Shown one piece after another: positions 18,135 to 28,464 of a stretch of DNA of 64,000 nt; positions within the stretch are counted from its first letter, which is position 1, and the number at the start of each line of letters is the position of its first letter. The DNA comes from Thermoanaerobaculia bacterium (GTDB taxonomy: Bacteria; Acidobacteriota; Thermoanaerobaculia; UBA5066), in the NCBI GenBank assembly GCA_963719225.1, contig CAVRAY010000001.1, forward strand, positions 1,216,001 to 1,280,000, in the 5' to 3' direction. A model generated the notes under the pieces. The model was not told the DNA's origin and made no database searches. It saw nothing but the letters and a program-made list of their open reading frames with translations. A program made the position numbers and the translations under genes.

Positions 18135-20909
18135 ATGCGGCGGAACCGAAGGGGATCGATGTCCCGTTTCGCGGCGCTCGCGCTGGTCGGCGCCGTGCTC
18201 GGCGGCTGCGCCTCGCGCAGCGACCGCGTCGCCTCCGGAAACCCGTCCGCAACCGGCATGCCTGCAAACGGCGTTGCGCCAGCGACGCTCACGGGGGCCA
18301 CCCTCCTGACCGACGGAGAAACGCCTCGGCTCCTCCTCAGCGGCAACGGCCCTCTCTCTCCGACGCTTTACAACCGCGAAGGCTCGACGAAGGTCGTCGT
18401 CGACATCGCGAACGCGGTCGTGTCCCCGGGTCTCGAGCCCCCGCGCGCCGACGGTGTGGTTCTGTCGCGCCTCGACATGAAGTCGTTCACCGAGATGGGG
18501 AAGCCCCACATCCAGTTCGAGCTGACGGGACGGTCGCCGCTCGCCCCTGCGATCACATCGGAATCCGGCTCGCCGGCGATGGCGATCGCGCTCGGAAAAG
18601 CCGCTCCAACGGCGGCCGTGCCGGACCTGAAAGTGGCGTCCGCGGCTCTGCCCGCGCCGGCTCCCGTCGCGCCGGCTCCGGCCGAACCAACGGTCAAGGT
18701 CGAGGACGTGGCGGCTGACATGCGCGCCTCCGCTCCCCCTCCCGCGACCGTTTCGGCGCCCCCTCTCGTGATCGCCGGAGCGGACCAGCCGCCGGTGCCC
18801 GTCCGCCACGCCGCGACCGGCCGCGCCGCGACGCGCCTGTCGGCCGTGGGTGTCCACGTTTCGGATGGCAAGCTCGTCGCGACGCTGGCGGGCAACGGAA
18901 GCTTCACGTACGAGACGTTCGCTCTCCAGAACCCGCCGCGCTACGTCGTGGATCTTCCGGGCGTTCTGCTCGCCATGCCGAAACGGGCCCAGGACGTCAA
19001 GCATTCCGCCGTGAGCCGCGTTCGCGTCTCGCAGTTCAAGGCCGGTCCCGAGCCCGTGACGCGCGTCGTGTTCGACCTTGCGTCTCCTTCCGAGCCCGCG
19101 GCGAAGGCTTCGCCCTCGGCGCTTGCGCTCGTCTTCGGAAGCAGCGCCACGAGCGCCTCGTCGGGCAAGAGCGCCTCCGCATCCATGAGCGCCTCCGGTA
19201 ACGCCCCGGCGGTCGCTCCGGCGGCCGCGAAGGCCCCCGAGCCGCAGCCGGCGATCGTGCGCGCCGCGCCCGAAAAGATCGCGGCGGCGCCCCCCGTGCC
19301 AGCCGCTGCCTCGTACGAGAAGCACGAGGTCGACGACCCGAAAGAGCCCGTCGTGAGCGAGGGCCGCGCTCTCGACGTGACGACGTCCGCAGCCCCATCG
19401 AGGCCCGCGGCTTCGGCCGCTCAAATAGAGGCTCCGGCCGTCGCGACGCTTTCGGCCCCGAAACCCGAAGCGACGCGTCTCGTGCAGGCGTCGCCCGAGG
19501 TCCACGAGGTGAAGTCTCCGCCTTCGGCACCCGCGCCTCCCACCCGGTCGGCCTCTGCCGAGCCGCGCCGGAAAAAAGTCGCGACGGCCGAGGACAAGGC
19601 CCTGATCGAGGCGGCCGAGGCCCTTCTCGTCCAGCAGGACGGGTCCTCGCGTCCCCGCGAGATTGCGAATCCCTACGAGACCCGCACGCTCGGCTCGGGC
19701 GACAAGCAGTACACCGGCGAGCCCATCACCCTCAATCTCAAGGACGCCGACATCAAGGACACGCTCCAGCGGTTCAGCGAGCTGACGCAGCTGAACATCG
19801 TCCTCGATCCGGATGTGCGTGGAACGGTCACCGTGAGCCTGCAAGACATCCCCTGGGACCAGGCGCTCGAGCTGATCCTCAAGATCAACCAGCTCGGGTA
19901 CGTGCTCGAGGGGAACATCATGCGGATCGCGTCCACGACCAAGCTCACGCAGGAGGAAAACGCGAGGCAGCAGTTCCTTCTGGCGCAGGACAAGAACCGC
20001 CCGCTCAGGACCGTGCTCCAGAAGATCTCGTACGCGAACGCGAATGAAATGGCCGCTACGGCGCGCAAGGTCATGTCGGCGCGCGGCGACATCTTCATCG
20101 ACGCGCGTTCGAACACGCTCATCATCAAGGAGCTCCCCGACTACCTCCCGACGGTCCTCGATCTCATCAAGAACCTGGATATCGCGAGCCCACAGGTCAT
20201 GATCGAGGCGCGGATCGTCGAGGCAAACCGCACGTTCTCGAACGAAGTCGGCATCGTGTGGGGCTTCACCGGCGTCGCCGACGCCTCGCACGGCAACACG
20301 ACCGGCCTCGTCTTCCCGAACGCGGGCAACGTCGCCGGCAACGTCTCGCTTCCCAGCGGAGCGCCCCAGGTCCTGAGGCTCAGCCTCGCGAACGTCCTCG
20401 ACACGTTCCATCTCGACGCTTCGCTCCACGCGGCCGAGTCGCGCGGCCTCGTCAAGGTCATCTCGACACCGAAGGTCCAGACGCAGACCGGCGAGGAAGC
20501 GTCGATCCAGTCGGGCTTCCAGATCCCCGTCCAGACGACCGTGAACAACACGACGTCGGTCCTCTACATCAACGCGACGCTCCGGCTCGACGTCACGCCT
20601 CAGATCACGAACGAAGGCACCGTCATCATGAACATCACGATCCAGAAACGTGAGCCGGCGGTCGGCATCAACATCGCGGGAGGGCAGAACATCCCTCTCA
20701 CGACGCGCGACGCCAAGACGCGGCTCATGGTACGCGACGGCGGCACGGCCGTGATCGGCGGAATCTTCAAGATCACCACGAACGACGGGCAGTCGATGAT
20801 CCCAGGCCTTTGGAAAATACCGATCCTCGGCAATCTGTTCAGGAGCCGGACTCAGACGGAGAGCACGGACGAGCTCATGATTTTCATCACGCCGCGGATC
20901 ATTCGGTGA
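18135..20909 (+). CDS. pilQ: Type IV pilus secretin PilQ with two AMIN domains and a lipoprotein signal
   Basis: Lipobox VLGGC, AMIN domain (NPPRYVVDL, RVRVSQF), GEPITLNLKDADI, PWDQAL, QVMIEARIVE, PILGNLF, FITPRI. GGGAGG RBS precedes ATG 18135. Confidence 0.95.
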   Translation: MRRNRRGSMSRFAALALVGAVLGGCASRSDRVASGNPSATGMPANGVAPATLTGATLLTDGETPRLLLSGNGPLSPTLYNREGSTKVVVDIANAVVSPGLEPPRADGVVLSRLDMKSFTEMGKPHIQFELTGRSPLAPAITSESGSPAMAIALGKAAPTAAVPDLKVASAALPAPAPVAPAPAEPTVKVEDVAADMRASAPPPATVSAPPLVIAGADQPPVPVRHAATGRAATRLSAVGVHVSDGKLVATLAGNGSFTYETFALQNPPRYVVDLPGVLLAMPKRAQDVKHSAVSRVRVSQFKAGPEPVTRVVFDLASPSEPAAKASPSALALVFGSSATSASSGKSASASMSASGNAPAVAPAAAKAPEPQPAIVRAAPEKIAAAPPVPAAASYEKHEVDDPKEPVVSEGRALDVTTSAAPSRPAASAAQIEAPAVATLSAPKPEATRLVQASPEVHEVKSPPSAPAPPTRSASAEPRRKKVATAEDKALIEAAEALLVQQDGSSRPREIANPYETRTLGSGDKQYTGEPITLNLKDADIKDTLQRFSELTQLNIVLDPDVRGTVTVSLQDIPWDQALELILKINQLGYVLEGNIMRIASTTKLTQEENARQQFLLAQDKNRPLRTVLQKISYANANEMAATARKVMSARGDIFIDARSNTLIIKELPDYLPTVLDLIKNLDIASPQVMIEARIVEANRTFSNEVGIVWGFTGVADASHGNTTGLVFPNAGNVAGNVSLPSGAPQVLRLSLANVLDTFHLDASLHAAESRGLVKVISTPKVQTQTGEEASIQSGFQIPVQTTVNNTTSVLYINATLRLDVTPQITNEGTVIMNITIQKREPAVGINIAGGQNIPLTTRDAKTRLMVRDGGTAVIGGIFKITTNDGQSMIPGLWKIPILGNLFRSRTQTESTDELMIFITPRIIR

Positions 20910-20920
20910 GGAGCGAACTG

Positions 20921-21514
20921 ATGAAGAAGCGCTTTTTCACTTTCGCCGCCATCCTCGCTGTGCTCGCGGCCGCCGCGCTCCCCGGCTGCTCGACGAACAC
21001 GCAGGGCGACAGCGCCTCGCCGGTCTTCCTCGCGGGCGATTTCACGCTCCTGCCCCTCCAGAAGTGCGTGAACGACAATACGCCGCTTCAGTTCCAGACG
21101 ACCACGCTCCGGAATCGCCTCAAGAACCCGATCACGAGCTCGATACAGTTTCTCGACGTCCAGATCGACTCCTACTTCGTCGTCTGGAAGCGCATCGACG
21201 GTGGGACGACCGCGTCGCCCACTCAGCAATTCGGCGGCAACCTGATCGTTCCGGCGAACGGACAGTCCACTCTGACGAACTATCCCTTCATGTCGGCGGA
21301 CAGCCTCATCCGCCCGCCGCTCGACCAGCTCTTCCCGTTCAACGGCGGCGTCGACAAGGAGACGGGACGGGCGGAGATCCGCCAGGCCGGAAACGTCACG
21401 TGGTACGGCCACACGTTTGCCGGGCAGGCCGTCGTCTCGGACGTGGCGACTTTCGACATGATCTTCATCTTCTGCGGGTCCACCGGGCGTATCGAGGCGA
21501 AGCGTGCCCAGTGA
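20921..21514 (+). CDS. Hypothetical lipoprotein in pil operon
   Basis: MKKRFF signal, lipobox ALPGC, GAGGAG RBS, beta-rich sequence. Confidence 0.8.
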   Translation: MKKRFFTFAAILAVLAAAALPGCSTNTQGDSASPVFLAGDFTLLPLQKCVNDNTPLQFQTTTLRNRLKNPITSSIQFLDVQIDSYFVVWKRIDGGTTASPTQQFGGNLIVPANGQSTLTNYPFMSADSLIRPPLDQLFPFNGGVDKETGRAEIRQAGNVTWYGHTFAGQAVVSDVATFDMIFIFCGSTGRIEAKRAQ

Positions 21515-21527
21515 CGAGGTGACTTCC

Positions 21528-23516
21528 ATGCGACGTTTCCAGATTCCGAGCGCCGCCCTGGTCGCGGGCCTTGCGATCCTTCTGAGCGGCTGCTCCGGCG
21601 AGACGCCGACGGCTCCGTCATCGGGCGGGGGGAACGGCGGTAACGGCGGTGGTGGCAACGGCTCGTGCACGGTGCTGGTCTCGATGTCGGCCACGACGCA
21701 GAGCCCTCTCGTCGGGACGGCCGCCATCGTGCGGGCGACGGTCACGCGCGCCGGAGTTCCGATTCCGGACGGCGGTTCCGTGCAGTTCACCACCGATCTC
21801 GGCTTTTTCGGAGAGAACGGCCTCAACACGATCTCGAAGACGACTGTCGGCGGCGTAGCCGACGTGACCGTTGTCTCCAACGACGCCGGCACGGCGCACG
21901 TCAAGGCGCTCTTCGACTGCGCGAATGCGCAGATCAACCTGAATTTCGGCGGCATTCCGGACACGGGCCCGTTCATCTCGTCGCTCACGCCGACCACAGG
22001 TTCGTGCGCGGGCGGCGACCTGGTGACGATCCTGGGGGGTCGCTTCACCGGAACGAGCATCGACGTGTTCTTCGGCGGCGTGAGAGGCTCGATCAGGGGA
22101 GCCGTCACGGACACGCAGATCGTCGTGTCGACGCCCGCGCGCACGTTGAGAGATTCGGCCGTGCCCGAGACGGTCGACGTCGTCGTCAGGGTGAACGGCG
22201 CGTCCTCGGCGCCCAAGTCGTTCACCTACGCGTGCATCCCGATCAATCAGAGGATCTTCATCTCGTCGATCGTTCCGACGGAAGGTACGTCCGCGGGGGG
22301 CGACCTGGTGACGATCAACGGCGGCAATTTCGGCTCCAACATCGCGACGACGCGGGTCACCTTCTGCGGCCGGCCGGCGCAGATCACGGCGCAGCAGGAT
22401 CAGCAGATCACCGTCACGACTCCGGCGAGCCCGTTGGATCTGGAAGTGTGCGACGTCGTCGTCACGCGCGACCTCGGCCTCGTCTCGCAGCAGTCCGCCA
22501 CCGCGCCGCAGCAGTTCACCTTCCGCCGCGTGCTCACGCCGGTGATCAACTCGGTATCGCCGAGGACGGGCCCGAACGACGCCTCGACCCGGGTCACGAT
22601 CTTCGGCTCCGGCTTCCAGTTCCCGCTCCAGGTCTTCATGACGGGCGGGACGTGCGGCGCGCAGCGCGTCGAGGCTGCCGTTTCGGACATCTCGCTGACC
22701 ACGATCGTCTTCAAGACGCCGATCGCGACGAACAACGTCTGCCTCATGAACCAGCTCGTCGACATCGAGGTCCTGAACCCGACGACGGGGAAGAAGGCGT
22801 CGTGCCCGGCCTGCTTCAAGTTCTACTCGTGCCCGACCTCGGGCTCCGCCGCGCCTTCGTCCGCGGACGGGACGGTACCGACCACCGTCGTCATCTCGGG
22901 CGCGAACTTCGAGTCTCCGATCACGGCGAACTTCAAGACGGTGAACGACAACCTCATCGCGTTGAACGTGACGTCGGTGTCCGCGAACGCGATCGTCCTG
23001 ACGATGCCGCCGGCCAGCCAGCTCCTGGGCGGCTCCCCGGCGTGCGCGGACATCACCGGCAACATCGAAATCACGTTCCTTGGCCTCACGTGCGCCCCGA
23101 TCCAGGTGCCCTTCAGGTATCACCTTTCGCCGCCGTTCGCGTCGACCGCTGGTCCGAACAACCTGAGCCAGGACGGCTCGCCGTTCCCCGCCACGGGCGC
23201 GCCGGCGACGATCACCGTGACCGGAGGCAACTTCACCGATCCGATGACGGTACAGCTCGTCAAGGACGGCAGCGTGGTCGCGAACACCCTGGTGAACAAC
23301 GCGAACGTCGCGAACGTGAACACCCTTACGTTCGTCGCGCCGGCCGTGCTGGACTCGTCCCTCAACAAGCAGAACTGCACCCTTGGCGGAACGATCTCGG
23401 GCACCCAGCTCGTCCCGACGTCGTTCGGGATCCGCCTGACCAGCACGCGGACGGGTTGCACCACCGACCTGCCGAATGTGCTCGTGTACCATCCGCTCGA
23501 TCCGACGTGCAAGTGA
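21528..23516 (+). CDS. Cys-rich surface lipoprotein with Ig-like (Big_1-like) and multiple IPT/TIG domains
   Basis: Lipobox LLSGC, Gly linker, repeated PxxGxxxGGxxVTIxGxxF units. Confidence 0.85.
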   Translation: MRRFQIPSAALVAGLAILLSGCSGETPTAPSSGGGNGGNGGGGNGSCTVLVSMSATTQSPLVGTAAIVRATVTRAGVPIPDGGSVQFTTDLGFFGENGLNTISKTTVGGVADVTVVSNDAGTAHVKALFDCANAQINLNFGGIPDTGPFISSLTPTTGSCAGGDLVTILGGRFTGTSIDVFFGGVRGSIRGAVTDTQIVVSTPARTLRDSAVPETVDVVVRVNGASSAPKSFTYACIPINQRIFISSIVPTEGTSAGGDLVTINGGNFGSNIATTRVTFCGRPAQITAQQDQQITVTTPASPLDLEVCDVVVTRDLGLVSQQSATAPQQFTFRRVLTPVINSVSPRTGPNDASTRVTIFGSGFQFPLQVFMTGGTCGAQRVEAAVSDISLTTIVFKTPIATNNVCLMNQLVDIEVLNPTTGKKASCPACFKFYSCPTSGSAAPSSADGTVPTTVVISGANFESPITANFKTVNDNLIALNVTSVSANAIVLTMPPASQLLGGSPACADITGNIEITFLGLTCAPIQVPFRYHLSPPFASTAGPNNLSQDGSPFPATGAPATITVTGGNFTDPMTVQLVKDGSVVANTLVNNANVANVNTLTFVAPAVLDSSLNKQNCTLGGTISGTQLVPTSFGIRLTSTRTGCTTDLPNVLVYHPLDPTCK

Positions 23517-23539
23517 CTTCCTTTCCAGCAGCTCTTTCG

Positions 23540-23567
23540 GTTCGGGCCGCCTCCGGGCGGCCCGAAC
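23540..23567 (+). terminator. Perfect 12-bp stem-loop after the IPT gene (terminator or mRNA stabiliser)
   Basis: GTTCGGGCCGCC-TCCG-GGCGGCCCGAAC; weak U-tract. Confidence 0.6.
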
Positions 23568-23613
23568 TGTCTCGAAACCGGATGCCGTAGACTTCGAAGT
23601 CGGATCAAGGAAC

Positions 23614-25224
23614 ATGGCCCTTTTCGGCGGTCCTTCCACCCCGGTGTCCCGACTCGAGGAGCTCAAGAGGCTCCTTCAGAAGGACCCCACGTCGCGTCAG
23701 TTCCTGGCGCTGGCCGAGGAGTACCGCCGGCACGGCAAGTACCGCGATGCCGTCATCACTCTCGAGCGCGGGCTCCAGCTGCACTCCACCTCGGTTGCGG
23801 CGCACGTCGCTCTCGGACGGACCTATCAGCAGCTGGACCGCCTCGAGGACGCGATTCGCGCGTTCACGAACGCGCTTCGGCTCGATCGCGAGAACCTCGT
23901 CGCCATTCGCCAGCTGGCCGAGGTCTACCTGGCCCGGGGAGACAAGATCGAGGCGATCAAGAAGCTGAAGCTCTATCGCGGCCTCAAGGCCGGAGACCGC
24001 GACGTAAACGACATCATTCAGAAGCTCGAGGAGGAGATGTCCGCAGCGGTTGCCGAGCGTCCCCGTTCGGGCGTCCAACCTGTGTTTGCGGATTTTTCCA
24101 CGGTGCCGCGCCCGTCCCCATCGCCGAGCGGGATTCGCCGGGTTCAGACGATCCCGCGCCTCGAGCGTGTGGAACCACCGTCTCCTCCGCCCCCGCCGCC
24201 GGAGACGAAGCCCGACCTCATGGAGCTCACGTACGACGGCCCGAAAGCCTCGAGGCCCGTCGAGGCGGTTCGCCTGACTGCGCCGGAGCCGCCCCCTCCT
24301 CCGGCGATGCCGCCACCTCCACCGCCGTTATCGCCGCCGGTCGTGGAGGCTCTCGTCGCGAACTCTTCCACCGCGCCGGTTTCGTCCGAGGTGCCGCCTC
24401 TGTCGCCGTTTACCGCGCCGATCGCGCCGATTCGCGAACAGCCGGAGCCCGAGAAGGCGCCGTTCGTGCTCGCCGAGAACGAAGCAGAGCTGGACGTTCC
24501 GGAAGAGCAGGCGACGGCCCCCTTCACATTTCCCGTGGATCTTTACAGGACGGAAGCGGCCACTTTTTCCGCCCGGGTGCCAGCCGAAACGGCCCCGTTC
24601 GACGTCCCCGACGCGGGTCTCGGCGCGCCTCCGGAGAGCGAGCCGCTCGTCTCGGAGACTCTCGGAGACCTCTACCGCGCCCAGGGCCACATGGCCGATG
24701 CCCGGGAGACGTATCGCACACTCGCGGAAACCGCGGCCGACGAAGCGCGTGCCCGGGCGCTGCGCGAGAAAGCCGCGGCTCTTCCGCAGGCGGAGAGGAC
24801 CGACCATCCGCGCCTCAGGCGTCTCGGGCGGCGCTTTCCCGCGCGCCCCGAAGCGACCGTCGATGATCTCAAGGGGATCCTCCTGAACCTCGTCCAGGGG
24901 ACGGAAGGGATTCGCGCGGCGACCCTGACCGACCTCGAGGGGCTTCCGGTCGTGATGGCCGGACCGGCGTCTCGGGAGGCCTCGATGGAAACCCTCGTCG
25001 CCGAGCTCAGCTCTTTCCTGAAGAACGTCCGGCGCACGACGGCCGAGACCGGCACGGGCGAGCTCGAATCGCTCGCGGTCGCGGGCCCGACCGGCGGAGT
25101 CGTGGTCTCACCCGTCAATGGCGATTACTCTCTCATCCTGCGAGTCGACCCCGAGGCGGCGCTCGGCGAGATCCGGTGGGAGGCGGCGCGCACCGCGCGC
25201 GCTCTCCGCCCGGCGGTTCGCTGA
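23614..25224 (+). CDS. TPR + Pro-rich linker + C-terminal Roadblock/LC7 (MglB-like) fusion protein
   Basis: N-terminal TPRs (FLALAEEYRRHG), SETLGDLYRAQGH TPR, C-terminal GIRAATLTDLEGLPV...YSLILRVDPEAALG. Confidence 0.8.
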   Translation: MALFGGPSTPVSRLEELKRLLQKDPTSRQFLALAEEYRRHGKYRDAVITLERGLQLHSTSVAAHVALGRTYQQLDRLEDAIRAFTNALRLDRENLVAIRQLAEVYLARGDKIEAIKKLKLYRGLKAGDRDVNDIIQKLEEEMSAAVAERPRSGVQPVFADFSTVPRPSPSPSGIRRVQTIPRLERVEPPSPPPPPPETKPDLMELTYDGPKASRPVEAVRLTAPEPPPPPAMPPPPPPLSPPVVEALVANSSTAPVSSEVPPLSPFTAPIAPIREQPEPEKAPFVLAENEAELDVPEEQATAPFTFPVDLYRTEAATFSARVPAETAPFDVPDAGLGAPPESEPLVSETLGDLYRAQGHMADARETYRTLAETAADEARARALREKAAALPQAERTDHPRLRRLGRRFPARPEATVDDLKGILLNLVQGTEGIRAATLTDLEGLPVVMAGPASREASMETLVAELSSFLKNVRRTTAETGTGELESLAVAGPTGGVVVSPVNGDYSLILRVDPEAALGEIRWEAARTARALRPAVR

Positions 25225-25263
25225 ACACCTCGGGGGAAACGCACCGGTGACCGAAAGGGAACG

Positions 25264-25755
25264 ATGAACGTCAAGGAGATCAAGGAACTCGTCGAGCTGG
25301 TGTCGCGCCGGGGACTCGCCGGCCTCGAGATCGAACGGGCGGGGTTCCGCCTCCGCATCGAGGGCGCCCCCGCTCACCGTGCCGCGCCCGTCTTCACGCA
25401 GGCCTCCGTCGAGCGCGCCACTACCGAAGCGCCCGCACTGCCTCCCGCTGCGCCGGCAGCGTCCGTCGCCCATCGCGTCCCGCCCGGCCCGCCCGGTTCT
25501 GGAGAGCGCGAGGGATTCCACGTCATCACCGCGCCCATCGTCGGCACGTTCTACCGCTCTCCGAACCCCGATTCCGACGCATTCGTGAAAGTCGGCGACG
25601 TCGTCGAGAAGGGCAAGACCCTCTGCATCGTCGAGGCGATGAAGCTCATGAACGAAATCGAGGCGGACATCGCGGGCACGGTGGTGGCCATCTACCCGCA
25701 GAACGCCCAGCCGGTGGAATTCGGAGAAAAACTCTTCGCAATCCAGCCGCGCTGA
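25264..25755 (+). CDS. accB: Acetyl-CoA carboxylase biotin carboxyl carrier protein
   Basis: [20 protein letters not shown]. Confidence 0.96.
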   Translation: MNVKEIKELVELVSRRGLAGLEIERAGFRLRIEGAPAHRAAPVFTQASVERATTEAPALPPAAPAASVAHRVPPGPPGSGEREGFHVITAPIVGTFYRSPNPDSDAFVKVGDVVEKGKTLCIVEAMKLMNEIEADIAGTVVAIYPQNAQPVEFGEKLFAIQPR

Positions 25756-25765
25756 CGGGGACGAC

Positions 25766-27132
<1,367 letters not shown>

Positions 27133-27136
<4 letters not shown>

Positions 27137-27687
27137 AGGATCTCGCGAAGGACCCCGCATCCGAAGCGCCTCGCCGCGTGTACCTCGTCGGTTTCATGGG
27201 GAGCGGCAAGACGACGAGCGGGCGGATTCTCGCAGACCGCTGGAACGTCCCGTTCGTCGATCTCGACCTCGCCTTCGAGTCGATCTCCGGCCGAACGATC
27301 CGAGAGACGTTCGAGGCGCACGGGGAAGCTTATTTCCGGGAACGGGAATCGGAGCTTCTGCGCGGGACGGCAACTCTCGCTCAGGCCGTGGTCGCGCTCG
27401 GAGGCGGAACGTTCACGTTTCCCGAGAACGTCCGCTTCGTGAAGGAGCACGGCATCTCCGTGTTCCTCGATCCTCCCTTCGACGTGCTCGCAGCACGGCT
27501 CGCCGAAAAAGCCGCCGATCGACCGCTGTTTGGCTCGCTCGAGTCAGCCCGAAAGCTCTGGGAAGCGCGTCGGCCCTTCTATAAAATGGCGGACCGGGCC
27601 CTGGACGTGAATCACGAGACGACTCCCGGCGAGGTCGCCGGCCGGCTTGCCCGCCTGCTCGACCCGGGGAACGCCGGGGGCCGCTGA
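27133..27687 (+). CDS. aroK: Shikimate kinase
   Basis: [34 protein letters not shown] start overlaps the accC stop. Confidence 0.92.
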
Positions 27688-27688
27688 C

Positions 27689-28447
27689 GTGCGTTATCTC
27701 ATCCTGTCCGACCTTCATTCGAACGACGAGGCTCTGACCGCCGTTCTCCGCCGCGTGAAGCGCAAGACGTTCGACCGGGTCGTGTGCCTCGGCGACTTCG
27801 TCGGCTACGCCGCGGATCCGAACAAGGTCCTGGACCGATTCCGGAAGCTCCGCCGGACGACGATTTCGGTGCGCGGGAACCACGACAAGGTCGTCGCCGG
27901 CGTGGAGGAGGGGCTCCTGTTCAATCCGCCCGCGCTCGAAGCGGTGCGCTGGACGGTTGAACGGCTCTCGAAGCAGAACATGGAGTTCCTGAAGAAGCTC
28001 CCGCTCGGGCCGGAAGTCGTGGACGGTCGCTTCGTCGTGTGCCACGGCTCGCCGCTCGACGAGGATGCCTACATCTTCTCGGACTTCGATGCCTCGCTGA
28101 ATTTCGTTCAGATGCACCGCTTCGCCGAGGGCATCGACCTGTGCTTTTTCGGCCACAGCCACATCCCCTCGATCTTCACGCTCGAGCCGGGCGGCATCCG
28201 GGTGGAAGCCGTGCGCGAGGCGCGCCTGAAGCTGCGCCTCGAGCCGGGGAAGCGCTACCTCGTGAATCCCGGCTCGGTCGGCCAGCCGAGGGACCGGAAC
28301 CCGCGCGCCGCCTACGCGATCTATGACGCGAGCGCTCGTGTGGTCCATTTCGACCGCGTGCCCTACGACGTGGGCGCCACGCGCCGCAAGATCCAGCGCG
28401 CGGGACTGCCCGCCGTTCTCGGCGACCGGCTCGTCGTCGGGCTCTAG
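27689..28447 (+). CDS. Metallophosphoesterase (YfcE/Metallophos_2 family)
   Basis: SDLHSN, LGDFVGY, RGNHD, HGSP, FGHSH, NPGSVGQPRD. Confidence 0.92.
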   Translation: MRYLILSDLHSNDEALTAVLRRVKRKTFDRVVCLGDFVGYAADPNKVLDRFRKLRRTTISVRGNHDKVVAGVEEGLLFNPPALEAVRWTVERLSKQNMEFLKKLPLGPEVVDGRFVVCHGSPLDEDAYIFSDFDASLNFVQMHRFAEGIDLCFFGHSHIPSIFTLEPGGIRVEAVREARLKLRLEPGKRYLVNPGSVGQPRDRNPRAAYAIYDASARVVHFDRVPYDVGATRRKIQRAGLPAVLGDRLVVGL

Positions 28448-28464
28448 TCCGGCCGGCGGACCCG

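Noticed and set aside
27324-27590. Weaker motif-like matches in aroK (also 5555-5610, 12031-12250, 29061-29090, 29691-29730, 48481-48500)
   Set aside because: Too degenerate to call by eye; needs PWM scoring.
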